Source: Mytilus californianus (lineage: Eukaryota). Taken from it: a DNA stretch of 64,000 nt. Shown here piece by piece: positions 24,153 to 38,130 of the stretch (positions within the stretch are counted from its first letter, which is position 1; each line of letters starts with the position of its first letter). A program made the translations under genes and the position numbers. The notes beneath the pieces are model-generated. The model was not told where the DNA came from. It did not search any database and worked only from the letters and a program-made list of their open reading frames with translations. The DNA is taken from contig NW_026262745.1 of assembly GCF_021869535.1 (NCBI RefSeq), forward strand, positions 22,196,001 to 22,260,000, given 5' to 3'.

Positions 24153-24236
24153 CTTATTATCGTTTGATATTTGTAATCTCATCACATTTACTCATATCGT
24201 GAAAAAATTTGTTTTTGATTATTTATTGCATACTTA

Positions 24237-26260
24237 CACTACAAACCAGTAAAAGTCTGAAATGGCCTATATCTCTACTCGACTGTACTGATTTTTACTC
24301 GACCAGTCTAAATTGGTCTGAAATTTACTTGATAATACTCGACTGTAGTCAGAACCATACTTAACAGTCTGAACTTGTACTCGACCCTTACTCGACCAGT
24401 ACTTAACCATTTTATACGCGTCTGAACCATGCTCGATCTAGTCTGAACCATGCCCGACCTAGTCTGAACCATACTCGACCTAGTCTGAACTATACTCGAC
24501 CTAGTTTGAACCATACTCGACCAAGTCTTAACCAACCTAGACCTATTTTTTGTATCTATCTATTGTATTTCATCAATTTAGGAACTGTTTTTAACAACAG
24601 TTATTTCCCCTGGCTAGAAATTTGAACAACAATTTGAAATTAAAAATGTATTCAATATAGCATTGAAACCAAAATTTCACAATAAACATAATATAACTTC
24701 ATCACCATATTCATAAACACTTATATACATACATATATATCACCTTTAAAATTAAAATAAAACAAGCTGATCAAATAATCTCAAAACTGAATTGTGACTA
24801 ATATTTTCAATGTTATTCAAAATTTTTTGAATGTTTCAGATATATTTTATGGTTCCTGGACAATTTTCACCATTAACTTAAGCCTTGTATAGATTTATGG
24901 TGTCAGTTGAGTTTAGTTAATAATGCAGTGAACATTTTTTTTATTAAAATATATATAAAATAGCATATAAACCAACTTAATAAATTTAAATAATGACACC
25001 TTTGTTTTGTTAAACCAAGAATTTAATATAATCATGATAATACAACTTCCATAGTAATCCTGTGATAAACTTTTAAAAAAGGAAATGTGTTCCAAAGTTA
25101 CAGTAAAAATTTATTTCAATTAAATTTAAATAATTTTTGTCAAAATTAAAGACATGGCATACAAGAAGCACTCAAATAAGGTTTAATTACCTCAGTACAT
25201 GTGTGTTTTACAGGTAAAAAGAAAGCCCTATTTTTCTTAAACGCGTGTATTACTTACCTAGTGAATTCAAAAGGCCTTGCGATTTAAGTTTCACAGGATG
25301 TTGCAATTTTTAATGAATGTTATTTAGAATTTAATACTCTCTGACCAGGTGTGATCTTTATCATGAGTTTGCCCCAAGCAGGAGGTATTACTTTATACTT
25401 CACCACTTATCAGAAGAACAATTTTATTAATTTCTTAAATTTTTATCCCTTTTTGATATGTATTGTATATAATATATCCCAAATTATAATAATAGATATA
25501 TTTCTAAAATAAGGTTAAACAATTTCAGTGATTTTGTTGGCTGTTGTTACCTCATTAAAAAGATAATTATATAACTATTGTACATTTTGTGTATGTAACC
25601 ATGAAACCTATGTCGTTTTTATTTAGGAATTTAGGAAAATTTAAAAAAAAAACACATGCCAAACAAGAAGCACCTTAATAAGGTTTAATTACCCTCAGTA
25701 TAGGTGTGTTTATAGGTAAAAGAAAATCTTTTTTTAACAAAATTCTAAAACTTTAAAATTAATATAATTAAATTATTATATAAGATAATTTGATTTAACT
25801 ATCTCTATTCGATAAATCTGAGAATCATGTAAGAATTTAAAAATCTGTTTTTATAATATATCTTTATTTTATTGTGGCAGTTGTCATGTCAGTTAAAAAG
25901 AAATTTATTTTAACAGTTAAAATTTAGAAAAAGTAGAGGTTATTTGGTCAAGTATGGTTCAGACTGGTCGAGTATTGTTCAGACCTTTGGTCGAGTATGG
26001 CTTAGACTGAAAAAAATAGGTCGAGTACAGGTCGAGAATGGGTTAAGACTGTTTCAGACTGGTCGAGTAATAGTTCAGACTATTTTCAATGGCAAAGATA
26101 AGGGTCAAGTACAAATCAGTACAGTCGAGTATGGTTACAAATGTAAGACTGGGGTCGAGTAAGGTTGAGTAAAATTCAGACCAATTCAGACTGGTCGAGT
26201 AAAAATCAGTACAGTCGAATACAGATATAGGCCATTTCAGACTTTTACTGGTTTGTAGTG
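24237..26260. mobile_element. Non-autonomous CACTA (CMC-EnSpm-like) DNA transposon, 2024 bp
   Basis: Termini CACTAC...GTAGTG. ~93-bp TIR with the first 38 bp perfect and 4 mismatches overall. TTA on both flanks (24234-24236, 26261-26263). Subterminal 21-bp repeats gtctgaaccatactcgaccta are inverted between the ends. No transposase ORF. Confidence 0.9.
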
Positions 26261-27601
26261 TTATATAACGAAGGGTTAATGTGGTGGTGTGTAATTGAAT
26301 GGCTATATATACTTAAAATATAATCACCTGATGCAGAGATTACTGGAAAAAATATGATTTCCATATATATTTCCAAGCAGTTTCTTTGTCATATGGCCTT
26401 AACTTCAACCGACAATTGCTCGACCAGAACGGAACTTTAACTTTGTCTGTAACTTATAACATGATTGTATACCAAATAACTAATCTTTTGATTCGGCATT
26501 ACAGACAACGGATATTTTAAACATTTCGTACGTCCAAGAGCTACAATTTGCTCCCAGAAACAAGATTGCGCAACCGGGACGTTACTCGAATTAAATCTTT
26601 TTGACTTCTAACTATTATTTCATAACAAATATCTGATGGATAGATTAAAACATTACAAACAAAAGATTGGAAACTTTATCATGGAATAGAAGTTCCTTTA
26701 TAATATTAGTTCCAAAAGTAAATTTGGAATATTATTTCACGAGGAAGTGATGTAACATTACTTTTTCCTGACGGAATATTGGGTACAGAATATTTGTTCC
26801 AACGGGAGCAGATATTATACCATAATGATTGTTCATAACAAAATTCCCTGAGGAACGTCTGTTAGGAGGAACAAATATACGTTGCAAACTGAAATGTAAT
26901 TGACGGAGTGTGTTAATGCTATTTATCTTTTGTATTACATTGATCGATATTAAAAAGGACATGCTCAAATTATTTAAAGCTAAATTAACCCTTCTACGTG
27001 TGCAAGTGCATATTTCCGTTTCAAGTACAAAACCACGTTTTACTTAGTGTTTTGTTTTTACTTCTTATATATTAATGTTTTTGTTCTAAAGAGACTTTGG
27101 TGATGATTGCAGTTTTTGTTTTTATAGATGTTGCATTTTTAACATATTTCTATTGTTAAAATACAAATAAAAAATGGCTGAAAGCGAAGTTCGTGTAGAA
27201 ATTTAATGTAATTGTTCATAATATCGACAGGCTACCGAAATAGATTTTTAAACATGGAAAGAAATATCTTCATTCACATTATTCGGGGACTCTAAAAGTT
27301 GGTAATGTGTGTTGTAAATCCATATTTTTGTTTAATATAATATAGAAGGTATATGGAAATCAGCATTTTTGGAGTATTTTGCAATACAAATTTATTTAAT
27401 ATGCATAAAGAATTATAAGTCTCTGTGTACAGTATGAATACTAAATAAATATTGTGTTTCTAGTATTCTAACAAAAACATTGTTCTACAACAAACAATAC
27501 CGATTGTCAGAGTCACCAATTGTAATATTATTTGTCTCTGCTGAATACATTAACATCGTCGTTTTTTTTGTTGTTGTTTTTTTTTTTTGCTATAATAAAA
27601 T

Positions 27602-28032
27602 ACAGATTCTACCACTGCATCGAGTGTGATACGATATTTATCCACTCGAGACAGTTTAATTTTTGAATTTAAAACGCAAGACTTGCCGAGCGTTTTAAAT
27701 ATTTAAAATTTAAATGTCGAGAGTGGATAAATATCGTATTACACGAGATTTGGTGGTGGGATCTGTTTCTCTAATGATTTTTATACAATATGCAGCCTAT
27801 GCAGGCAAACTTATTCCTTCTTTTCGAGTGTTCTTTTTATGTGACATCATCGGGCATGATCGCCTTTTTATGACGTCACAATAGGAAATTCAGAGAAAAG
27901 CAAGAAAATTTGACGTCATAATCGAATTTTGACCAATGAATAACTGAGATCAAACAAACCACACGTTGATTAAATACAAATAATCAACAGGTCAGGAAAA
28001 GGATATATCGGGTAAGAATTAGAGAAATACAA
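27602..28032. mobile_element. Second long-hairpin element (165-bp palindrome plus tail)
   Basis: gtgatacgatatttatccactc (27626-27647) pairs with 27721-27742; tttaaaacgc/gcgttttaaa flank loop aagacttgccga; tgtttctctaat (27764-27775) is mirrored by attagagaaataca at 28018-28031. Confidence 0.65.
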
Positions 28033-28539
28033 ATATACGATGCTTTTTACGCACGTACGTGTTACGTACTGCAGTATTATCAAACTGGTTAAATGCATAG
28101 GTTTCGTTCTTTGAAAAGTACTTTATTTGAACCTTTTCATTGTTTTTTAAACGTAATCGCACTGACATATAACATTTTAAGCCATTGAAATTTTGTTTAA
28201 TCACTAGATCAAAACCTGGACAACACACAAAAAACCTGGACTGCTCTTAAATAAACACGGACATATAAAAATTAATTTATTCTAAAAATGTCCTTCTCAA
28301 TTCAATAACAAAAATTTTAATAAAATGTGTGTATATATCTAAGGACATATAGATTCCAAACATACATTCCCTTTGACATTTGCATTGGTACTTGTATAAA
28401 AACAGCTTTATTCTATATTTTGGAATAAAAGCATTTTGAAGCTAAATTAAACTTTTAGAACACAAAATAATGTAGGGGTACGTGGTGTTTTCTTTTTATC
28501 ACCAATACTAAGTTACCGTGTATGATTTTTTATATTAAG

Positions 28540-29045
28540 TTTAAGCATCTATTTCACGTCTTACAAAAATAGAAGTATGTTTTTGATCATATTGATCATA
28601 TTCACTCGAAAAAACACGATCCCAGCCGGACATTATTCCTACCATGGGTATGTTGATCGGGCGGCAAGTCGTCCATATGAGTTCACAAATAGAGTCATTG
28701 ATCAACACGGAATATAGCCAGGCAAACGATACACGACCTTGACCTACTCCTATTTCAATACAGAACACCTGACTATTTATACCACTATGCTGAACATATG
28801 CTGTTGCAGATTTATACGACATAATTTATATATCAGGTTCAACAATTTACCTTCAATTTCAGTTTGATTCAGTTGGTTACGTATAATAGGCCATCTTACC
28901 ACAAACGATCAAAAGCCTTTTCATTGTCAAGAAAAATGACTTGAACATTCGAATTACGTTCTAGATAATAATGAATTGCTTCTTTTAAGGTATAATATAT
29001 AGCCGGTATCACACCATGTTCTTTTACGAATCCGACCTGAAGTGG
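28540..29045 (-). mobile_element. Degenerate LINE reverse transcriptase fragment
   Basis: Minus strand LQVGFVKEHGVIPAIYYTLKEAIHYYLERNSNVQVIFLDNEKAFDRLW*DG, then GVGQGRVSFAWLYSVLINDSI (ORF 28541..28822). Confidence 0.85.
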
Positions 29046-30925
29046 ATGCGGCATCACACTATTGATATCAGCTAGAAGTTAAAGTTACGACACGATATCT
29101 ATTTGTATTTGTTTTGTCTTTATTGTTTCCTTTATAAAGAGGTATAGTTATTCCATGTCTAAATGATATAGGTAAGTATTCCTGTTTGAGAATTAAATTG
29201 TATAACATACTCAAATGTTTTAATAATGTTCACCATTTCCGTTTTAATGATATAAAAATCTGTAACTAACTAGGTTACAGATTTGTTAATACACCGAAAA
29301 CAAAGTCGGTTACGGTCAACTTTGCCTGAAGGAACTGAAACCTTTGGTTCTTAAAATTTTTTCCAAATTTATAAACTGACAATTTAAGAGAGGTTTGTTA
29401 TAAATCATGTCAGTACCGAAGTAAAGAAGAACTGACTACTGAGCTCAGCTGATGATACCCTCGGGGACTGATAGTCAACTGACCAACGCTGTATGGGCCC
29501 AGTGCTCAGTAAAAAAATGAAACAAAATTTTAAAATAACATGCATACTTTCTTTTATAAAAACATATTTTTGTTATGAGTTTAATTTTCCATTTCAATTT
29601 AATGAAGAAAAAACAAAAGCATCAACATATTTTCTTTAGCTATGAAGTTTTTTTAACCCTAACAAATTCATATTTCCCTCGGGCAATACCCTCGGGAAAT
29701 ATAATTATTACTATAGTACTATGAAAACCATTATCAGAAAGTCGGTATAAAAAAGTGTTCGCAAGTATTGAAATGGGGTAAAAAGAAGTATATATATATT
29801 AATTTTACTAAGAACTCAGAAAGTTAATGTAGGCGCGGGTAAGACTCATACCTCTTAATTCTAGATGTAAGGTGAGGTGAATGTTTTGGGTTCCTATCGA
29901 ATTGATGTTTAACCCGTGCATCCCTTTATGCACTGGCATGGTATCGATGGCTCTACGTACGGGTTGATTTCTTACATAATACAGGAATAAATAACTTTAA
30001 AACACCAACCATTCAGTTTGTGTTGGCGGAGCATATTTTTTCTATAAACAAACTTCTTTAAAAACTTTAATAACATACAAACTATTTTTTCTAAAGCATT
30101 TTAGAAAAGGAAATTTTCTTAGACATCAGTGTTGTTTATTTTTTTAAGCTAATTTTCAAAAGACACAAACAGTTCTTTTCTTTTCTCTTTTTAACCAAAT
30201 TAATTGTTTTTCAATGGTCGGTGCCTGACTGCATTTATGAACTTTGTTAATATTCGAGCAAGAAAGAAAGCCACGAAAATATAGAAAACATTTTCTTAGA
30301 AATACTTCGAGGCTTCATTTTCGAATTTTCTCTTGAAAATTGGTTTAATGTAAAAGGGTAACTCTTCCTGAATTCTGTATTTTCCCCCATAAAGAATTTA
30401 GATTGATAACAGATTTATACATATGGTAGTCTCTTTTACTTTATTCACAGCTTATTTCGACTTAAGGCCTTAATTAATATGACAAATTGACTGCTATAAC
30501 AATTGCGTATTGCTGACGAATGTAAAATATTGATTACTAGATTTTATATTTATTTTTAGTTGTGGGTTACTGTCTGGGTGACGCATACCCGCCATGTTAT
30601 GGTTTTTATTTTTTTTGTTTAGGGGTGCATTCAGTTGCACCTTTTTTATTAAAAGAGTCGTTACTTCAAATAAGCTTAATATTTTTAGGAAATACAAAAC
30701 CTCTTCTCGCAATTCGCGCTTGGTGTAATTGTTTGTTCACTTTTGGCAAAATATGGCCTTAAATTTCAAATAATTCTATAATGAAATATAAAAAGCCACA
30801 ATTTAGTTCTTGAATCTGTTTTAAACCCCTAAATGCTAAACAAAACCAATCTCCTGATATAGGCTTCGAAGTCAGCGCATTTAGAATTTTTTTTTTAAGG
30901 TGAATTGTGTTAAGACCTAAAACAT

Positions 30926-30928
<3 letters not shown>

Positions 30929-30989
<61 letters not shown>
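30929..30989 (+). repeat. (GA)n microsatellite, about 30 units
   Basis: Direct reading. Confidence 0.98.
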
Positions 30990-30995
<6 letters not shown>

Positions 30996-31513
30996 TATTT
31001 TTCTAGAGATACAACCAATTAAATATTTGAAGAAAAAAAAAGATTATGCATGAAGTAGCTATAAAACGATAAAAAATATATTTTCTCGCTTTAAAATTTC
31101 GATTCTCGAAAATTCATCTAACGTTTTGTTTAATATTGATATGTCATTGATTTGAATAGTTCCGTTTTAGTGATATGCAATTATTAAGGGGTCGTCGGAT
31201 TCGTTTTTTTTCCCGGTAAAATTATAAGTTTGTCTCCATATGTTAGGCTTCTAAAGGACAAAATAAGTTTAACGTCGTGACTGCATCAAGCTGCAAAATC
31301 ATATTTTTACACACAACACTCACTGACACTTAAATGATTTAGACTGCAAAAACTGAATAATGAGTGACTCTCTATTGTTGCTTACATGTATCTTTAAATC
31401 GGAAATGATTTAAATAATTGTTAAACAAAGTTATCAACTTATGTGGATGGAATTTCGATGATTCCTATTAAAAGTACAAAATGCATATTGTTTGCCCCGA
31501 TATTTAAAACATA

Positions 31514-32510
31514 AACAATGTTTTAGATTTTAACGAGAGAAATTTATGTATTACGGAAAAATTATTACACCAGGGTTTTCGATATCACAAACTAGTCAAA
31601 ACATTTACTAAATTTGATCATCGGTATAAGGACATCATTCGTAAATATAACTCAACATGCAGACTTCTTATACGTTCAGGTATTTCACATCCAATTTTTT
31701 ATGGAAATATTCTTTATAAAGCACAAAAATGTCAGTATTCACCTCTGAAGCTAAAAAAACCTTTAAATAGACTTATTAAGAAGGGATATAGTTACGATAC
31801 TGTTGTCAGGTCATTAAAGATTGCATGTTTTGGCGTTAATATTGATTCACTTATAGGGTCTTTGCATCGGCACTAAACACATTTATTTAAAAACCAGTTG
31901 TTGGCATGACACGGGTTATGTTCTTCTCATATATGTTATGATGGTATGATACTAAACCCCTAACGGGAAGGATTGTGCCTGATATTCATATGATGAAGAC
32001 ATAATCTTTCAATCAGTTTAATTGAAGTCTGGAGCTGGCATGTCAGTTAGTAGTCTGTTGTTATTTATGTATTATTGTCATTTTGTTTATTTTCTTTGGT
32101 TACATCTTCTGACATCAGACTCGGACTTCTCTTGAACTGAATTTTAATGTGCGTATTGTTATGCGTTTACTTTTCTACATTGGCTAGAGGTATAGGGGGA
32201 GGGTTGAGATCTCATAAACATGTTTAACCCCGCCGCATTTTTGCGCCTGTCCCAAGTCAGGAGCGTCTAGCCTTTGTTAGTCTTGTATTATTTTTAATTT
32301 TAGTTTCTTGTGTACAATTTGGAGTTTAGTATGGCGTTCATTATCACTGAACTAGTATATATATTTGTTTAGGGGCCAGCTGAAGGACGCCTCCGGGTGC
32401 GGGAATTTCTCGCTGCATTGAAGACCTGTTGGTGACCTTCTGCTGTTGTCTGTTCTATGGTCGGGTTGTTGTCTCTTTGACACATTCCCCATTTCCATTC
32501 TCAATTTTAT
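31514..32510 (+). mobile_element. 5'-truncated Penelope-like element: RT C-terminal coding remnant (31514-31876) plus 3' non-coding region
   Basis: Stop-free frame NNVLDFNERNLCITEKLLHQGFRYHKLVKTFTKFDHRYKDIIRKYNSTCRLLIRSGISHPIFYGNILYK...SLHRH*, similar to the post-RT region DFL.KG.LL.RKL..REF...KLK.SLR.F of the copy at 49026-49238. No start codon, so absent from the ORF track. Confidence 0.7.
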
Positions 32511-32819
32511 TTCTGTACATTTATAGAGTAATGCTCCATGTATGTTTTAATGATATAATTATGTTTTATAAAAGTTCGTAAAAATCAATACACTTTTAGA
32601 TAGATTACTACCCTACCCCATTTTGGTCGCATTGCACTATAGTCCACCGAAAAAGTATATATCGGCTTACGATTAAACTTTAAAGTGCATATGATTTAAA
32701 ATGATAATTGATTCTTTGATATTTGAGAAAATTTGTTTTAGAATGTTTGTATTAAAATTGTCTCTTTTTTATTTATTCATTAGATTCGCTGTACACATAC
32801 GGCAAAAACTAAAACATAT

Positions 32820-33480
32820 ATATAAAAATAAGGAGATGAGGCATGATTGACAATGAGACAACTATCCACCAAAGTTCAAATAAAGTGGATGTAAGTAATT
32901 ATAGGCAACCATACGGCCTTCGATAATATTCGACTATAAAAGGCCCGACATGGAAATATGAAACAATTCAATTGAGAAAACTAACGGCCTAATTTATAAC
33001 AAAACAATTTACGAAACACAAATATGACAGACATGAACCAACGGCAACCACTGAACTACAGGCTCCTGACTTGGGACAGGCACATACAGAATGTAGCGGG
33101 GTTAACCATGTTTGTGAGCGCTCAACCCTCCCCTAACCTGGGACAGTGGTGTAACAGCACAACAAAAGAACAAACTATATAAAAATAAAAACAGTTGAAA
33201 AAGGCTTAACTCATCAGATCGGTACAAAGCAGAAAAAAATCAAACATAAACACAGACCGGACGTAGCAGGGTATTTATCCATCCCTCATCCCTAATATCG
33301 TAGTTACTGACAGCTAGTTCAAAGCCAATAACAACTAATAAAAATAAAACACGTATCTAAGACAAAAATATCATTCAGTACACATCTAACATCCCATAGA
33401 TTTAGTGTAAAGACGTCATTAACAGTCAGAGAAAAACATGACCTTGTGCAATGCCAAAATAAAGGCATCGACAGATTGTA
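32820..33480 (+). repeat. High-copy interspersed repeat family
   Basis: gatgaggcatgattgacaatgagacaact...caggctcctgacttgggacaggcaca... closely similar to 55684-56270. Confidence 0.8.
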
Positions 33481-36400
33481 GTATCGGTAAAGTGCATTCA
33501 GTATAATCTTAATTTACTGATACATGTAACAAAATTAATATTTATACCAATAAAACAATATTCAAAGATCTAATTAGTGTTGAATTTGTAACCTTTTCGA
33601 ATTAGTTTATTTAAAGGATTAATAAGTTTACCCGAATTGTACATAAATTTCCGGGCTCGGTAAACATCATCACCGTAAAATTTAGGATGTGCTATTAAGT
33701 CTGAAATAAGTTTTTTTAAAGGTACAGTCAAACTTGCAAACCAAATCTTTGTATCTATGGGAATTTAGTATGCTCTCTACAGAAATTAATTCCCCGCAAC
33801 ATTTTTTTCATTCCAATTTAAACCCACTGACTAATGTCTGAAACCAGAGATCTAGACTAAAACAATAACTCTACAATATTACTCCGGCCACTATTGAATG
33901 ATAATGAGGAGAATATATTAAGTTATTGATTGGATTTGTTATAATATTATGAAAGTATTATATTGACAAATAAGGAAATTAACACTATTTAGCATGAAAT
34001 TATATTTAACAAGTAAATGTGATGGCAGGAAACGGTCTTTTTTAGATTGAACAATTTCTTGTTTAGATCCAATGACACAGATGTCCAAATTATTAAGTAT
34101 ACGCAAAATTCTAAAATGATATTAAATAGAATGGCCATCTAGGACGTTTTTCTTGTCTAAGAGGTTTCCTTTTGTCTTTTTGGGGTATTTCTATGGGCCG
34201 GAAAATTCATAAAACTTCATTATCTCATTAAAAATACTAAACTTAAAAGTCCTGAATTCTATAATGTGATTTTTTTAAAAGTATTATCTACGATGCCGTG
34301 TGCACAATGTACATATCGGATGGGAGCATTTTTTGGAACATGGACTATGGATACATTAAACGGAATTTATGTTCAATCATGAAGTTTGTTATTGGAGATA
34401 TTCAACAGGCATTCATGGTTTGTAAGATGCGTAAATCGGTGACATTTGATCTTTTATCAAAACGGTTAGGCAAATGTGTAATTCGGCAATTTCAGACTGT
34501 ACTCACTGATACTGGTCATAAATATGCATGCTTTGTGCAAAAATATATACAATAACAGTTTCTTGATGACGTAAATGTATGGTTTTATTAATTTTTGAAA
34601 ACTGATATTCACCGAAGCCAACATTCAATGAAATCATATATTTACAGAAAAATAAACAGTAACCATATTCCGAGAGAGAGAAAAAAGTAATTAATGACAA
34701 TTATTTACCAAAACGAATTGTACATCAACATTTAACCATATTTAAACATGTTGAAACGTGACATTTAGCGTTTTGAATATTATTTTTCTACAGTTGTTTT
34801 ATTCAAAATCAAATTCCTATAGGAAACCTACATAAATAATATCACTATATAGAATAATAAAACATCGATGTCATAAAGTGTGGAAAATATATTCAATTAA
34901 ATCTTAAAATAATTAATTTTTATATTGTTAAAAAGTTATTTCGTTTTATTCCTTTGGATTGACTTTACACCCTAGCGTTGTTCAGTCTTACATAATTTTT
35001 TTATTTTCTTAAATAGAAAAACAAAAACAGGCGTGTTTAAACAGCGGTTGAAAATTTCCACACATTTTGTGTATATGCCAACGGCCGAAGTAAATATCAG
35101 TTTTACAATAGACAATTAAACCACATTTACCTCACTTAAAGACAGTAATTGTTTTATTCTTTGCATATTCCGGGAGAGAGAAAATGTATTAAATGACAAC
35201 TTTTTACAAAAACGAAGTGTGGAATTTTTGAAATCTTTCTCGAAAGACTAGTTTCCTGACAGGTAGGTCAAAACTTCAACTTCTGTGGAAAAAATTCTCC
35301 CTCTTTCGTTTTACCATAATTATACATCTAAAAGCATATGACATTTAGCGCGGTGACTATCATTTTTCTTCAGGTAAATATGCTGTCAAATTCAAATTCA
35401 TATAGAAAACCTATTAAAATATTACCAATATAGAATAATGTTTATTACATGATATACGGTATTGGGCTGCAATATCAATTTATGTACCATGCTCACGTAT
35501 TGCCACCTTGTGTCGAAAGATGGACTTCAAAAATATTACATAAGCTGAACACAAAGACGCACTATAGGAGCTTGGTTTTATAGATTGTATTGCCTATTAT
35601 AAGCAATAGCTTAGATACTATGAAATATTTTTAATTATAAATAATTAAAAAAAAAAGATGGTATATTACTGCGGGGAGGATTACTTTCTTAAATTTTGAA
35701 TATTAACTCTTTTAGCCAATTTGTAATAAACAGTCAATAGATATGAGGATATTGTATATTGAAGTTGTTATTGTGTATGTTATGTCACATACTATATTTA
35801 TAGTACATTCAGATTAATTTTATACAGAGTTATTTTCATTTCTTATAACAGAGCATTTATAACATTTGTTTCCTATAAGAATAATTATCATTATTTACAT
35901 CATAAATGTTCAAGCTTTGCAGAATCCAATGAGACAAGAATACGAAAGGCTTAATATACAAACTAAATGAATAACGAACACTTCGTTTATTCAACAAAAT
36001 GCGAGTACGGAAATCCAAATCAGATTGATATTAGAATAATAACAAAGGAAAAACCGAACGCACCCACAGATGATATCTTGTTTATAAGTATATCATGTAT
36101 ATGATTTAACACAATAACGTTTGCTTAAAGAAATAAAGAAAAAAAAAACAAAACAAAAAAAAAAACAAAAAAAAAACTGTCGAATGTGATACTCAAAAAG
36201 CATATATCCGAAACCACAAGGTACATTCCATATACTTTTCATTCATACAAAATTTGTTTAACACATGTCAATCAAACATTCTTCTCCACAAGCAAAATAG
36301 AATATCATGTATACATTTATCATAGCATATTCAATGTGTGCAATGATTATAAAACTAGAAACGCAAAGGTGCATATGTCCTCTGAAATTCTTTAAGTAGT

Positions 36401-36745
36401 TGTGGTTGTCATCTGAACGTTTTGTTCAGGGATCAAATTGCCTCGTTCATTTAAAAAGTAAACATTATGCTTTGCCATTTGACCGTATATGGATTGAATT
36501 GAAGGTGTTGTATTAGTCTAATTAATGTACAAATATTTGGTGTCTTCCTTGAAAGTCTAATTTTGATAAAATATTTATATTTTCAAATGCCTAAATAAAA
36601 TTAATTGAATGGTTATTGTTTTAGTGAATGTGTGTTGTAACAGTTTTAGAACACAATTTGAATATTAGGTAAAAGGTAGTTTGAAGTAGAGACTTTTATA
36701 GTACTATTTTGCTCCTTTTAAGGGGCATTAGCTACGAGATATATA

Positions 36746-38130
36746 AACAAGAGGCTCTTAAGAGCCTGTGTCGCTCACCTGTATCTACTGTGGTTTTGGA
36801 AATCATGTAAAATAAGGTTAAAATCATATGGATACCCTAAAAATGATTGAGGCCAAGTTTGGTTTAATTTGGCCCTTTAGTTAAATTAAAAGCAGAAGAA
36901 ATTTGAAAAAATTTACAAAAATTACCAATAAATTGCAGAAAATAACTTTAAAGGACAATAACTCCAATAAGATGTCAATTGCCAATTTTGGTCATGTTGA
37001 CTTATTTGTAGATCTTTCTTTGCTTGATATTTGTGCTATATACAGTGTATATCAATCTATAATGATATTCAAGATAATTTACAAAAAACAAAAAAATTCC
37101 TCCGCTCCAAAATTTATTTCACCCAGGGCCTGCATAATGCTGAAAATGCCTTTAAATGTTTTTATGGAACACAATGCACAAAATAATTTGAACAGGGGTT
37201 CCCCTGAACCCGACTTATCCGCCGGGTCTGAGGGGCATTCGCCCAATATAAGTATCCGGAAAGAAAAGATATAATAAAGGTTTATACAAAAAGTAACACA
37301 GAATAATTCTGAAAATGGAACATATCAAGGAGAAATTATTAGCACCCCCCCAACCCCCCAATCCCCTGAAAAAATTGCACCCCCGGAAAAAAATCAAGTC
37401 ATCCCATTGTAGTCTTACAATAGTTACTGAAGACCCCTTATTATTATTTAAATTAGTTTTCAAGTTATGACCATTTGATGAAATTGTGTTTTTACATTTT
37501 CCCCCAGAGACTTCTATAGTATTATAAACCCCCTCCTATGTTCTATTTTTACCCATGGAGACCATGTTGGTTATAGGGCAGGGTCATCGGATACATTTGA
37601 CTTTTTTGGTCATGTTGACTTATTTGTAGATCTTACTTTGCTGAACAACTTATAGCCATTGTGGCCATCTTGTTAGGTGGGCGCAGTCATCGGATACATT
37701 TTTTAAACTAAATACCCTAAGGATGATTTAGGCCAAGTTTGGCTTAACTTGGCCCAGTCATTTCAGGAGAAGATGTTTGTAAAAGATTACAAAAATGTAC
37801 AAAAAAATGTGAAAAATTGACTTTAAAGGGCATTAACTCCTTAAGGGATCAATTGACAATTTTGGTCATTTGACTTATTTGTAGATCTTACTTTGCTAAA
37901 CATTTTTGCAGTTTACAGTTTATCTCTATCTATTATAATATTCAAGATAATAACAAAAAACTGCAAAATTATCTAAAATTACCAATTTAGGGACAGCAAC
38001 CCAACAACGGGTAGTCTGATTCGTCTGAAAATTTCAGGGCAGATAGATCTTGACCTGATGAACATTTACCCCATATCAGATTTGCTCTAAATGCTTTAGT
38101 TTCAGAGATAAAAGCCAAAAACTGCATTTT
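36746..38130 (-). mobile_element. HINE/Helentron-type element, 3' part with internal subrepeats
   Basis: Terminal hairpin aacaagaggctcttaagagcctgtgtcgctcacctg; recurring tttggtcatgttgacttatttgtagatct and ggccaagtttgg units. An older copy lies at about 39880-40440. Confidence 0.6.

Noticed and set aside
24308-24535. Repetitive peptide ORF (SSMVQTR)n, and ORF 25944..26162
   Set aside because: Translation by-products of the 21-bp subterminal repeats of the CACTA element.
27170-27310. Possible 5' exon (AAAATGGC motif, cag acceptor, gtaatg donor)
   Set aside because: All frames close quickly and nothing links it to a gene.
36903-37274. 123-aa ORF, and 133-aa ORF 13405..13806
   Set aside because: Both lie within interspersed repeats and show no domain motifs or splice context.
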